Shown here piece by piece: positions 36,845 through 50,759 of a DNA stretch of 64,000 bases; the stretch's first letter is position 1, and every line of letters starts with the position of its first letter. The DNA comes from Camelus dromedarius (Eukaryota). The stretch is from NCBI RefSeq assembly GCF_036321535.1, contig NC_087436.1, positions 25,422,001-25,486,000 on the forward strand. The letters are read 5' to 3'. Both the position numbers and the translations under genes were made by a program. The notes below the pieces were generated by a model. That model was not told the DNA's origin. It made no database searches and saw only the letters and a program-made list of their open reading frames with translations.

Positions 36845-38035
36845 AGTAATTCTGGTTTTGGTACTATGGTGAAATAGATAATGTGGCTTCAATCCCTGAA
36901 CCTGACCTAAAAAACGAACCCTGCTAGAGATGTGGGATAAATTTCAGAGGCATTTTCACAAGGAAGAAAGGGAAATTCCCAAGCAAAAAAAACAAAATAG
37001 AACGTCAGTGGATTAGAAGTGAGTGAGCTGGCAGCAGGGCTGCAAGGGGGTCTCATTTGTTGTTCTTCGTAGCCTAAACAAGGAGGTAGTACTGAGGCTC
37101 CCAGATAAAGCTGAGACCCTCAGAGTCTCCCTAACTGCACATGGGGATGACGTGGAAGATGGTGTGTCTTCCTGGATCCTGAGTGGGAAAACATCTCGAA
37201 ATTCAAAACAATGGATCTTTATCTACTGGGCTTTTGGTTCAGTGTCTATTAACCAAGTGGTTCTGGAAACTCTGCAATAAGAAACCTACACTATGAAATA
37301 AGTGTTGGCCCAGAAGACAGTGGTAGGCTTGGGGTACTAGGGAAAAGCAAGTACAAAATCTCTTTGACCGTACAGGGTCCCTATAAATAAAGCCCAGAAG
37401 GCACGCTCACATCCAAAGTTACAACACACGCAAACAAAAACATCCCCTGTAAGAGTCACACGGCCATGATAAGCCAGTTGAACAGAACCTCAGAAATTTA
37501 GGTTTTAAAACAACCTGGTGGACATTATGAAATGTATGTTTAAAATGACTATAAACAAAATCTAAAAATGAAGCTATAAGAAAGAATAAAAAGCAAAATT
37601 AAGTAACAAGATGATCTAAAAAGAACTCAATACAAGTTTCAGAAATTAAAAATTTTCACTGAAATTAAAAACTTGAGTTAAACAGTTGATTAGAAACAGG
37701 TAAACAGAAAATTAGTGACCTAGAAATGAGATAATAACTAAGGCCTCGAGTGCTAGCCAAGCCTACAAGTGCTGAACAAGTAACTGCCATGCCATGTTTT
37801 CTATTGCTGGTTGTTATTAATTTCATTATAAGTGTGTTTGTCAGTACATTCTGGCTGGCTGGAGTTTGTCAGTGACAGGCAGACTGGCTCTGCGACCTGC
37901 GCTATCAGCCACTCTGCTGTACTGCCCCTAAGGAAAGTACCAGAATTCAGCGCTGAGTCACAATAAATGGTACTATGGAAGGGATTATAAAATGCGGAGA
38001 ATGAAATGTAAAAGTCGACCCTGTAAGTCTAATCA
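36845..38035 (+). mobile_element. Ancient L1ME/L1M5 5' UTR and ORF1 start
   Basis: ttctggttttgg start. gaaattaaaaacttgagttaaacagttgattagaaacaggtaaacagaaaattagtgacctagaa is ORF1 coiled-coil-like. Interrupted at 37744-37927. Confidence 0.65.
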
Positions 38036-38940
38036 CGCTTCCCTGACACTCACGTGACATGCACACTCCTGGATTTCTGGCTTCTTCACTGGCTACTGCA
38101 TCTCACTCCCCTGCTGGTTCCTGCTCATGTCTCTGACCTCAGCACTGGGTCACCCAGGGCTCAGTGCGCAGACTCCTTTTTTTCTCTCTGGATTACTCAC
38201 CCACGTGATCTCACATGGTCCCAGAGATTTAAACATCTCCAGGATGTTAATTCCCAATTTCTATCCTATGTATATGTATGACATACATACAACTGCCTGA
38301 TGGTACCCCAAATTAACATGCCCAGAACTGATAATCATTTCGCATCCCCACAGTCTGGCCCTGCAAGTGTTCCTCATCTTAGTTCCTTCCAGTTCTTAAA
38401 ACCATTTCTTCTCTTTCTCTTATAAACCATATCTAACTTACCAAAAAATCCTGTGGGCCCAAGGTTCTAATACCTCCTACCACCTTCACCACTAACCACT
38501 CTGGTCCAAGCGACCATTATCATTATCCTGGATAATTGCAAAACACTCCTAACTTCATGCCTTCAGTCTGCACTCTAAAGCCTGTACGATCCTACTTGAA
38601 TGTAAGCCAAATGCAGTCACATCTTTGCTCAAAGCTCTCTAATGGCGTCCTAATTCACACAGAGAAATAAACGTTTAGTAGGTTGTAAATCATCAGGCTG
38701 CCGTCAGCAGCATTCTCATAATTTTCCACTCTTCTTTTTCACTGTGCTCCAGCCACACGGGGCTCAATATGAAATCACAACCATCATTTCCTCTACCTTC
38801 TTTTATTTATTTAAAGAAATTTCTCTCTAGCATTCACTACTGTACATAAAACATGTCCTTTTAACTTTTTTTCAATCTGCATCTCCTAGAAGGTAAACTC
38901 CATACGTCACTGCTGAGTCCGCAGTGCCTAGAAGAGGTGG
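38036..38940 (+). mobile_element. L2 LINE 3' portion
   Basis: cccagggctcagtg...gtgatctcac..., ctctggtccaagcgaccattatc...ctggataattgca, and gcagtgcctagaa are L2a-like motifs. Confidence 0.85.
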
Positions 38941-39100
38941 TCCTGAAGAAGGTCCTGAAGACACAACTGTGCTGCTTGAGCAGGTTCCTTGAGCTCCCAA
39001 GTGCGTGCACTCATCCCTGTTTTATTGCTGTATCTTTGTCAACCCTTGTCATCTCACGAAGAGTTCCTGTGACTGGGTGACTAAGAAAAAAAATTGTACC

Positions 39101-39119
39101 TGTCCTCTAGATGGCGCTA
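39101..39119 (+). promoter_or_regulatory. Candidate CTCF binding motif
   Basis: tgtcctctagatggcgcta matches the CTCF core CCNCNAGRKGGCR and retains its CpG. Confidence 0.5.
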
Positions 39120-39144
39120 TATCTCTAAACTCAAATGGAAGTCT

Positions 39145-39365
39145 GTAGCATTAATAGACACACAATACTATAAATAAAATAGATAAATAACAAGGACGCA
39201 CTGTATAGCACAGGGAACTATATTCAGTTTCTTGTAATGAGCTTTAATGGAAAAGAATCTGAAAAAAATGTATGTATATGTATAGCTGAATCCTTTGCTG
39301 CATACATGAAACTAGCATTGTAAATTGACTACACTTCAATACAAAATGAGATTTAAAAAAAAGAA
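39145..39365 (+). mobile_element. Artiodactyl L1 3' end fragment
   Basis: actgtatagcacagggaactatattcag...gctgaatcctttgctgcatacatgaaact followed by an A tail. Confidence 0.9.
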
Positions 39366-41419
39366 CAAACCTTCTTTAGAGAGTCAGTGGGAAGAGAAAT
39401 CTTTGCAATTGGTAGAATTTTGACCAGTGCACCTGGTTGTCCACTTTGCCTGTATTGATCTATACTTACTCATGATGACAAACAGTGGTTGAACAGTGAG
39501 GAACCTCAATGAAATAAGATTAGTGGATTGGAGAAAAAGGCTGCAAGCCCCTGACTCTGGTCTCTTCTGGTCTATCAGATTATTCCCATCACAAAGGCAG
39601 TCCTGACCAAAATATGTGTGTACCTCTTTGAGGCTCTAGGAAGGAATTGGGGACCTGCTTCCAATCACATTAATTCTTTCCTCATAAATTCTTTGCCTGG
39701 CTTCTGCTAGTTTGATAATAACAACAACCCTGAACCCACCTGAAGCTCTCCTTTTCATAACCTTTGTAATGTAGTTGGCCCCCAAAGGTATGGCAGAGTT
39801 TGCTTTAGGTGCTGTATGTTGGTTGTATTTCAGAACTAAAGTACAGGTATTTATAAATAGAAATGAAAATCTATGCTAATAATTCAAAAGCAGTACAGTG
39901 GTCCAAAGTAGCTGGGCGCTAGATAAAATGGCTATGAGAGGTGTTTCACTTTCAGCTGAATAGTCGAAATCTGTTTGTCTCCAAGACCTTCAGTAACTTT
40001 TACTTTACTATTTTGCTTGTGGTTGACCACCCCCCACCATGACAACCTACCCAGATTTCCCCACCCGTCTATTGTTCCACACTTCCAAGGTTCTTCTATG
40101 ACTGTTCTTTCTATAACTCTTATTCCTAATATTTATATAATATATATAACTCTTTCATGTCACAAAGTTTTCACAATTAAATTCCGATCAATATGTAGAA
40201 GATTCCGATTCCTTCTAATTCCTGGGAATTATGAAACAGGATGCCCTTGATCCTAATGGATTACTCTCCCTCAAATTCCATCTTCTAAAATGAGGGACCT
40301 CTTTTCACCAGAGAGCCAGGCGACAAGAAGATCAGCTTCAGTCAAGGGAGAACGACAAGTCGTAACCGTTTCGGCCCTTCCTCTTTTCTTTCTGTCTTTC
40401 TCTTCCAGCTCCTGTCCCACCATCCCAGCTTCCTGATGTTTTTTTATCACAGGGAAAAATTTATCTCATTTTAAAAGATTTTAATAAAGTTAGTAATTAA
40501 TTACGTTACTTATTCTTCCTTCCATATAACAATGATTATTGCTTAAATATTCAGAGCCTCTGATTTTTCAGTCTCATTTCTTCTGTTTATTCTGAATGTG
40601 GAAGATTTTAATTTGACTAAATTGCTGCTCAATAGTTTTAAATTTCAAGACAACTAGAAGAGACTGGTTATGAAATTTTTATAATTAGCTCATTTAAATA
40701 TTAAAACTTAAATAAAACCATAAGAAAAAGGTAAGATACTATTAAGGCAAGTTAGGAAATAAGATTCCACCAATAAATGAAGCTAAACACTGACAATTCC
40801 TTGCTGAAACATGCAAGTATTTACATGTTCCAACTGCAATCACAGTTTTTTAAAAAGCAACATTTTTGTATTTATATAAAATGTTTATATTTTCCAGAAA
40901 AACAGGGAAATTTTAATTCATTAACTTCATACTCCCAGTATTTTGAAGTTTCAAGTATCCTTGGAACTCTGTATAAAATAAGACTTCACTTTAAGAGCAT
41001 TTTCAAACTAATGAAAAGAGTTTTCTATTATGTAAATTACTTAAATTTTATTTTGGAAGAGCAGAACACATTTCTGTAATTGAAATATTAATTCTATCTT
41101 TTAAAAAGCTAAATCATTAAAGGATAATACCATGTCTTGTATTGTAGAAGGACATCGAACCTGACTGTCCAGCTAGGTGCTTGAGATACTTTGAAACAAG
41201 AATCTATTGAAGACAAGAATTGGCTATATATATCTGCTATACATATTTTTATGGTTAGACCTAGTATACCAAGAATTGATTGTGAAGAATAACTCATTTA
41301 TGATGAAAAGTAGCCATTCCGATGATTTTACTATTATTGCACGGCAAGCAGACAACTGGGGCTATCTGTTCCTAGCCTGTCCCTATGTGATAACCATCTG
41401 CATTTTAATAATCAAAGTG

Positions 41420-44400
41420 CTGGGTTCCAGTTCAAGAAAGCAACTTAGCAGAATTCTGAACTCACTTCCCACCATGGACACACCAAGTCTGCAGTTACAT
41501 ATGGAACAACTTCCTCTGGAAAAACTTAAAACACTGGCTGAGCAACTCCTACACATTGGGCAAATGAGAAAAAAAAAAAAAATCCACCTTTTATTGGGTA
41601 GGAGAGGCTGGAACACAATCTCACCATGAATCCCACTCCCAGGGCTAGGACCCACAATCAAAAGGGAACTCAAAACCTGGAGGTTCTCTCTGTGGACTGA
41701 AGGGTTTGAACCACACATTGGGTGACCCAACTTTTAAGACCTGCACCTGAGAGATGAGCTTCCAAAACATTTAGCTTTGAAACCAATGAGACTCAAATCC
41801 ATGAGAGCACAAGGCTCTTAAAGGGCCCATGCACAAACTCACCCACTTCAGGGCTCAGTGCAGAGGCACCCAACCAAGAGATGCCCAGATTTTAGGTGGA
41901 AGAGGCTCATTTGCTAATCTTGAAGCATCAGCCTCAGGGACAGAAATCCAATTTAGTACACATCTAAGGACTTGCTGGCTGGCAGGTACCATCTTCCTGC
42001 CCTCCCTCTGTCCTCTGTCTCACTCCAGCCAGCACCATCTGTCCTCTCTCCCTCCCCACAGTGGGTGCCATTTACATGCTTTCCCTCTGCCTTGCTCTAG
42101 CCAGTGGGTTCCACCTTCTTTTCTCTTCACTTTCCTCCCTGGTGGGTGCTGTCTGTATACTCTCCTTCTGTCTAGCCCCCCAGTGGATGCCATCTTTTTT
42201 TTTTTTTTTCTCCTCCCCTAGCAGTTACAGCCTTTACATTCTACTTCTGCCTACTTCAGTCAGTGGGTAACTTGAGAGCACAAGTATCTCTCAGATGGGG
42301 ACTTGTACACTCATCTAGGTCCCTGGTTTTTAAGTCAGAAGCCCCAGTTTTAATGGCTGCAGCCCAGGGGACACCCTTTGATCACCTGGCTCTGGAGGCC
42401 AGGGAAGCTTGTGATCCTGGGTCCTGCGGGACTGAAACAATCATGGAGACAGTTCTTGGCAGACTATCAGCCCAGAGTGCTGCACAGATACCAGATGGAA
42501 ATGCACCTCAGTCTCTCTGTGAAAGAAGCCTATTTGCTTGTCCAGGAACTCTGGTCTGAGTGGCATGCTTCTGGTTTGACACACATCTAGAGCCCTGTGG
42601 CGGTGCTCTCAGAGAACAAAGGCTGGTGGATGCAGTCTTTGTATGCTGCCTCAGTCTAGCTCAGTGGTATCATTCAGAAAATCGCTTACACCTTTGTCTG
42701 GCACCTGAGTTATTGCCTGTGGCTAGGGGACATCTGTATATTACTTGGCTCTGGTGGCCAATGGGGCTTATGTTCATGGGTCCCACTGGTCTGTAACCAA
42801 CGGAGAAAAAAAAAAAAAGCTCAAGTGGCTAATTCTCACAGGGCACAGCAAAAGGCAGCAGACTCAGGTACTCAGCCTCTCTTAGCTTATCATCACAGCT
42901 GTAGCCTGAGGGGCAGGATTTTAATTCAACACACTGTAATCTTTACGGAGACCTCGGAGAGTGGATGCTATCTCTGTGTTCCCCAACTGCCATGCTCTGG
43001 AGGAACAGTGCCTCCCAAAGGGAAGCTTTTACAAGTGTCTGATGCCTCAGTTTCTGCAGCTGCCACCCAAGGGATGCCACATGATCCCCTGATTCGGGTG
43101 GCCACGGGAACTTGTGTTCCTGGGTCCCATGGGATTTAACAATCAGAGAGAGAGTTCTCAGTGGGCTACCACCCCCATGGCATCACACACACAGCAGACT
43201 GAAACACACCCAAAGTCTTTGTGTGAAAGAGGACTCATTGCTTATTCTGGAGTTTTAGCCTGAGGAGCAGGCTTCAGGTATGGTGCACACCTAGGGGACT
43301 ATGGAGCTACTCTCAGGTAATTCAGAAAGGTGGATGCCATCTTACTCTCCTTCTGCCTTGCTACAGCTCACAGGTATCTCCTGGGAAGGAGCTTATACAC
43401 TTACTTGGAGCCCTGATTTCTGTGACTGCTGACCAGGCTATACCCCTTGGTTCCATGGCTCTGGCAGTCAGTGATACTTACACTTGCACTCCCACAGGAC
43501 TGCATATATTTGTATACCTTAACAGCTGCTGCCTGAGGGTCTGGTTTCCAATCATTTTGAATCTAGGTGCTAAATAAGATCCTCACCTTTAGGACAATGA
43601 CAAGTCTTGCACAACATTAACTACTGGGAACCATTAAAAGTAAAACAGACTGCACTGTCAGTCACACAGATTTAAGAAAAACAAGAGCCAGGACAGGATA
43701 GAACAATAAGATCCATCTCCTACATGAAGCCACTCCTTCAAGACTGGGAGAGGCCACTGTTTTATGTAATGTGTAAAAACCAACAGAGAGAGTCAAGGGA
43801 AATAAAGAAATCGAGGAATATTTTACAAAGGGAAGAGTAAGATAAAACCTCAGGCGGGAGAATGAATAAAGCAGAGATAAGTAACTTACCTGATAAAGAG
43901 TTCAAAGTAATGGTCAAAAGATGTTCATTAACTCTGATAAAGAATGCATGACCACTTTGAAGTAAGAACTTCAAAGAGATAGAAAGTCTTATGGTCACCA
44001 CAAAGCAAAAGCCTATAGTTTGGTACACAGCAGATAAAGAAGAAATCTAAGCATACCAGTAGAAAAAGTCATCAAACCACAAAGGGAGAGAGCAAGAGAA
44101 GGAACAGAGAGGAACTACAAAACAGTCAGAAAATAATGAACAAAATGGCCATAAGTACGTATCTTTCAATAATGACTTTAAATGTTAATGGACTAAATTC
44201 TCCAGTCAAGAGACAAATGGCTGAATGGACAAAAACAAGACCTATTCATATGATGCCTAAAAGAGACTTGCTTCAGATGTAAGGACACACACAGACTGAA
44301 AGTGGGGGCATAGAAAAAGATATTCCATGCAAATGGAAACCCAAAGAAGTTGGGGTAGCTATACTAATATCAGACAAAACAGACTTTAATAAGAGACAAA

Positions 44401-47400
44401 GAAAGTAATTACATAATGAGAGGTCAAATCCAGGAAGAAGATATAGTATTTATAAATATGTATGCATCTAACTTAGGAGCACCTAAATAGAGCAAATATT
44501 AACAGACTTAAACAATGATTAAACAAAGAATCAAAAGGGAAATTAATAAAAAAACCTTTCAAAACAAATAAAATTGGAAACACAACTTATCAAATCCTGT
44601 GAGATACTGCAAAAGCAGTTCTAACAGGGAAGTTCATGGCAATAAATGTTGACATCAAGAAAAGAAAGATTAAGTAAACAACCTATATCTCAAGGAATTA
44701 GAACAAGAGGAACAATTTAAGTAGAAATGTAGCAGAAGGAAGGAAACAATAAAGATCAGAATGGAAATAAATGAAATAGAGATGAGAAAAACAATAAAAA
44801 GGATCAATGAAGCTAAGAGCTGGTTTTTCAAAAAGAGCAACAAAATTTAGAAACCTTCAGCTGGGCTCACAAAGAAAAAGAGAGAGAAGACTCAAATAAA
44901 TAAAAACAGAAATTAAAGAAAAGATTACAACTGATACTACAGAAATACATAGGGTCATAGGAGACTATAGGCATAACCCAGGGACATTATGGATTCAGTT
45001 TCAGACTACCCCAATAAAGCAAATACTATAATAAAGCAAGTCACACAAGTGTTTTGGTTTTCCAGTGCATGTAAAAGTTATGTTTACACTATACTGTAGT
45101 CTATTTGTAGTCTATTAACTGTGCAATATTATGTCTAAAAAAACAATGTGCATAACTTAATTCAAAATACTTTATTGCTAAAAATACTTTATTGCTAACC
45201 ATCATCTGAGCATTCAACAAGTCTTAATCTTTTTGCAACATTAACATCAAAAGATCACTGATGACAGATCACCATAACAAATATAATAATGGAAAGTTTG
45301 AAATATTGTGAGAATTACCAAAATGTGACACACAGACATGAAGCAAACACATACTATTGCAAAATGGCATTGATGGACTTGCTTGACTTAGGGTTGCCAC
45401 AAACCTTCAATTTATTAAAAATGCAGTATCTCGGAAGTGCACTAAAGCAAAGGGCAAAAAAATAAAGTACACCTGTACTGCGAACAATCATATGCCAACA
45501 AATTATATAACCTAGGGAAAATGTTGATTCCTAGAAATACACAAGCTACCAACATTAAATCAGGGAGAAATAGAAAATCTCAATAGAGCAATAATGAGTA
45601 AAGAGATTCAATCAGTAAGGAAAAGACTGCCAACACAGAAAACGCCAGGATCAGATGGCTTCACTAGTGAATTCTATCAAACATTTAAAGAAGAATTCAT
45701 GCCAGTGCTTCTCAAACTCTTCCAAAATATTGAAGAGAGAACATTTCCAAACTCATTCTATGATCCAGCATTACTCTGATAGTAAAACCAGATAAGAACA
45801 CTATCAAAACCAAAACAACAACAAAAAACTAGACCAATATCCCTGATAAAAATATATATGTAAATTTTTCCAACAAAATATTAGCAACCTGAATTAAAGA
45901 ACACATTAAAAGGATAATACACTATGACCAAATGGGATTTATCCATGGGATGCAAGTATGTTTCAGCATATGCAATTCAATAAATGTAATATGTGACAGT
46001 GGAATAAAAGATAACAATTACATGATCATCTCAGTAGATGCAGAAAAAGTATTTGACAAAATGAAACATTTTCATGATACAAATTCTCAACAGATAGGAT
46101 ACAGTAGAAACATACCTCAATGTAATGAAGGCCATATACAACAAACCCACAGATAACATTATACCCAGTGGTGAAATACTGAAAGTTTTCCTCTAAGATT
46201 AGGAACAAGACAAGGATGCCCACTCTCACCCCTCTTATTCAATAATGCACTGGAAGTCCTAGCTAGAGCAATAACGCAAGACAAAGAAATAAAATGCATC
46301 CAAATTCAAAAGGAAGAAGTAAAATTGTCACTGATGGCAGACAGTATGATTTTGTTTATAAAAAAAATCCCAGACTTGACCAGAAAGTTGTTGGAACTGA
46401 TCAATGAATTCATTAATGTTGGAGGATATAAAATCAACATACAGAAATCAATAGCATTTCTACATGCTAATAATGAAACATTTGAAAAAAAATTAAAACT
46501 ATTCTATTCACAATAGCATCAAAAGCAATAAAATACCTAGGAATCAATTTAAGCAAGGAAGTGAAAGATCTTCATAATAAAAACTGCAAGACTGCATTGC
46601 AAGAAATCAAAGATATCATAAAAAAAATTAAAAGACCCCGCCCCCAATGTCCATGGATTGAAAGAAGTAATAACATTAAAATGTCCATACTACCCAAAGC
46701 CATCTGTAGATTCACAAAATTTCTACCAAAATTACAATGGTCTTCTTCTCAGAAAACAAACAAACAAACAAAACCCCTAAATCTTGTATAGAACCACAAA
46801 AGACCCCAAATAGCCAAAAGAACTCTTAGAAAGAACAAAACCCAAGTCACCATATGTTCTGATTTCAAACTAGTACAAAGCTACAATAATTTAAATGGCA
46901 TGGCACTGGCATAAAAATAGATGAATAAACCAGTGGAACAGAATAGAGAACCAAGAATTAAACCCCAAATATACAAAAAAATTAATATTTGACAAGAGAG
47001 TCAAGAACATCCAATGGGAAAAGGACAAATCTCTTCAACAAATGGTGCTGGGAAAACTGTACAAATGCATGCAGAATAATGAAATGATATCCCTATCTTA
47101 TACCACTTGCACAAAATAACTCAAAATGGATCAAAGACTTAAACATAACACCTGACACCATAATACTTCTAGAAGAAAACATAGGGAAGAAGTACTCAGT
47201 ATTAGTTTTGTCAACAACTTTTTGTCTGTGTTACCAAAAACATAAGCAAGAGCAAATATCAACAAAAGGGACTACATCAACTTAAAAGCTCTGAACAGAA
47301 AAACAAAAAAATGAAACAGCAACTAAAGGAATGGGTAAAAAATGTATTTTCAAACCATACTGGATAGAGTTAATATCCAAAATATATCAAGAACTAATAC

Positions 47401-48450
47401 AACTCAAAAACAAAACAAAAATCCAATTTAAAAATGATCAGAGGAACCAGAGACATTTCTCAAAGAAGACATCCAAAAGGCCAAGAGGTACATGAAAAGA
47501 TGCTCAACAGAACGAATTATCAGGGATACACAAGTCAAAAACACATTGAAATATCACTTCACACATATCAGAGTGGCTATCATCAAAACAAACAAACAAA
47601 CAAACAAAAACAAGAAATACGTGTTGGCAAGGATGTGGAGAAAAGAGAAACCTCACACATTGTTAGTGTGAATATAAATTTGTGCAGCCACTATAGAAAA
47701 CAATGTGAGTGTTTCTCAAAAAATTAAAAATCGATCTACCATATGGTCCAGCAATTCCACTCTGGGGTACATACCCAAAGGAAATGAAAATAGGATATAA
47801 AAGAAATATATGTACTCTCAATTATTGCAGCATTATTCAAATTAGCCTAAGTAAGGAAACAACCTAAGTGACCATCAATGGATGAATGGAGAAAAAAAAT
47901 GTGATATTTATACACACACCCACGAACAATGGAATATTACTCAGCCGTGATAAAGAAGGCCATCCTACCATATGCAATAACATGGATAGAACTCGAGGAC
48001 ATTATGCTAAGGGAGATAAGACAGATACTGATAGACAAATAATGTATGGTATCACATATCTGTGGAATCTTTAAAAAGTCAAATTTGTAACAAGAGTGAC
48101 ATGGTGGTTACCAAGGAATCGTAGGTGAGGGTGGAAGGAAAGGACAAACGTTATTTAAGAATACAAACTTGCAACAAGTAGTAAGTCCTAGAGATCTACT
48201 GCTGCACAGTATAGAGAATATAGGCAACCATATTGTATTGTAATCAAACCTGCTAAGAGATTAAATTTTAATTATTCCAACCACTAAAAAGAAATGATAA
48301 TTGTGCATTGTGATAGAGGTGCTCATTATTGCCACGATGGTAATCCTAATGGTAATCCTAATAAATGTATCAAATTAACATGCCATAAACCTTAAATTTA
48401 CACAATGTTCTAGGTCAAATATGTTTCAATTAAGAAATAAAGAAAAACAA
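41420..48450 (+). mobile_element. Near-full-span L1MA-type LINE-1 with internal deletions
   Basis: Monomeric 5' UTR (41420-~43700), truncated ORF1, and ORF2 from ~44145 with RT peptides ([35 protein letters not shown]). L1MA8/9-like 3' UTR. Confidence 0.93.
44968..45475 (-). mobile_element. Tigger1-derived MITE (Tigger1a_Art-like) inserted in L1 ORF2
   Basis: Both Tigger1 termini are present. TA duplications at 44966-44967 and 45476-45477. L1 sequence is continuous across the insert. Confidence 0.9.
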
Positions 48451-48749
48451 TGTAGTAAAGATGTTTTTAAGTGCTATATATGAAGGAAAAAAATTGATTT
48501 ATTTTCCAGAAAACAAAATAGAATTGGAGCAGGGAAGTACTGTTTTTTTTAGAAAATCACTCAAACTGTCACTTTTTTTTTTTACCTCATGGAGAAAACT
48601 AGTTCAAAGAAGTGGAAAATTTAAATTATTAAATATTTCAAAGATAATAGGGCAGCGTAAGTAATTAATGGAGTAGTACATATAGTAACCCTACCAAGTT
48701 AATAAACTCATAGTGTGCTTTATTAATACTAGTACTAAGGGCTAAGAAA

Positions 48750-48942
48750 AACTGAGTATTTATTACATATCAGCTACTGTTCTAAATTTCATACAACTTT
48801 TTTGATAAGGTTTATCTCAATTTTACAGAGGAGTAAAATGAGGCAAAGCAAGTTTAAGTAATTTGCTCATAGAGATAGAGTCAGAGTTGTAATTTACACC
48901 CAGGCAGGAAAGCTCCTTACCCAACACTTTCAACCAATATGC
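48750..48942 (-). mobile_element. MIR SINE
   Basis: attttacagaggagtaaaatgaggcaaagcaagtttaagtaatttgctca. Confidence 0.8.
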
Positions 48943-50490
48943 CACAGGCTCTCAAAGTGTGTTCTGTAGAATCCCAGGGTTCCCTGAGAATTTTCAGGGG
49001 GTTGTAAGGTCAAATTTATTTTCATAATAATACTGAGACATTATTTGCCTTTTTTCATAGTGTTGCTGTTGCACTGATGATGCAAAAAGCAGAGACAGGT
49101 GGAAACACTGGTGCCTCAGCATGAATCAAGGCAGCAGCATCCAAGTGTACTAATAATCATTATAATCATCATCACCATGCATTTGCTTATAAAAGGAAAG
49201 GAAGAAAAAGAAGAAAGTCAGTTTACTTAAGATTCTCCTTGTTGAAAACAGTACAAATTATTAATTTTTGAGAATTTCTCTGAGCACACATCTTTTTATT
49301 AACCTGTATGGCTAAATAGAAAGTACATATAAAACATTTCTGTTAAATAGTATAGCATGCTGGTTGTTCTATGGAAGAGCAACTGAGTTATGAACTGAAA
49401 TGACCACTTTTTCATGAAACGTCATTTTTTAACTGAAAATCAATTGTCATATCAACTAAGGTAATCCAGATTTGGGTATTCTGAAGTCGTTTTCTCAAAG
49501 AATAAATACAGTAAACTTCAGGGAAAACTAATGACGGTATCTGTTGCCAATAATAAGATTTGAACTTGACAGCTCAAGTTGGACTTTTAAAAACCTTGTA
49601 TTCACCAGCACTATGAAATTCACAGCTTCCCAATACTGAAATGTTTTTCTGATGAGACTGGTGGTAGTATTACTGAATGTGATTTTTCGATATTCTCTAA
49701 TGAAATATGTCACCCTTTGGAAGATCTGCCTAACTCACTGAACCAATATTTTCCAAGTAACGAATGCATGATGTTTACAAAATGGTTCATTTTAACCCAC
49801 TCATTCAAAGTGTAAAATATTAAATCACCACATTGTATACCTGAAACTAATAAATGTTGTGTCAGTTTACCTCAAGGAATTCTTTAATTTGAAAAAAGTA
49901 CTAAAATATGAGGGTTTTTTTCTTTGAGAAAAGGTGTAAAAATAGATCCAGGTATTTTATTAAAACAGAAGGAAAAAATTATTTGATATAGTTTTAGATT
50001 ACACCTTGCAAATAACCTTTACAGTAATACTACTTGCTTAATTTTGGTGTAATATCAACAAAAATATGTATGATTATCTGAAAATGCTATTAAAATACTC
50101 CTCTGTTCCACCTGTGTATTTGTGTGAGGACAGATTTTCTTTATGTACTTCAACCAAAACCCAGAGTATAACAGATTGAATACAGAAGCAGATATGATAA
50201 TCCAGTTGTCTATGAATGACTCATTTGTAAACAGATTTGCAAAAAGCCAATTTATCACTAATATTTTTGTTTTTAAAAATATACCTGTTTTTCATAAAAT
50301 GTTATTTATGTTAAATAGGTTAATTATTGTTACATTTGATTGAATTAACACATATTTTAAAAATGTCTATGTTAATTTCTTATATGATAAATATTGATAG
50401 CTATAATCCACATGAAAACAAATCTTTGGGGTTCTCAATATTTTTAAGAAGTGTGAAAGTTTCCTGAGACCTAACATTCTTAGACACCTT
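48943..50490. mobile_element. Charlie1a-like hAT DNA transposon, with a small L1 3' insert at ~49818-49930
   Basis: ctctcaaagtgtg...aaggtcaaatttattttcataataatactgagacattatttgcc...gcatgaatcaaggcagc at the start and gtttcctgagacc at the far terminus. Confidence 0.85.
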
Positions 50491-50589
50491 ACGTTATATT
50501 AGCCATTTAAGTATCTATAAATAGCATAGCAATTATATATATATATATATATAAGTGGTTACTTCTAAAGTGCTTAACATAGCTTGCAT

Positions 50590-50695
50590 ATCTGTCTATC
50601 TATCCATCCATCCATCCATCCACCCACCCACATTCCTAACTACCTACCTACCTACTTACCTATCTATCTAGATACCCATCTACCTATCTATCTCT
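50590..50695. repeat. (CCAT)n/(CTAC)n simple repeat
   Basis: Directly visible. Confidence 0.9.
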
Positions 50696-50759
50696 TATTA
50701 TGTGTGGATTGTTTATTTGGATATACTCTCACCAGAGTTTGCACTTTTAAGAACTTCAA

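Larger units (their letters stand above)
38950..39545 (+). mobile_element. ERVL internal (pol RNase H region) remnant, interrupted by L1
   Basis: gagttcctgtgac...gactaagaaaaa...agatgg and cagtgcacctggttgtccactttgcctg...gatctatact resemble ERVL pol. Confidence 0.65.

Noticed and set aside
41829..43139. Series of 70-130 aa ORFs
   Set aside because: They lie in the GC-rich monomeric L1 5' UTR.
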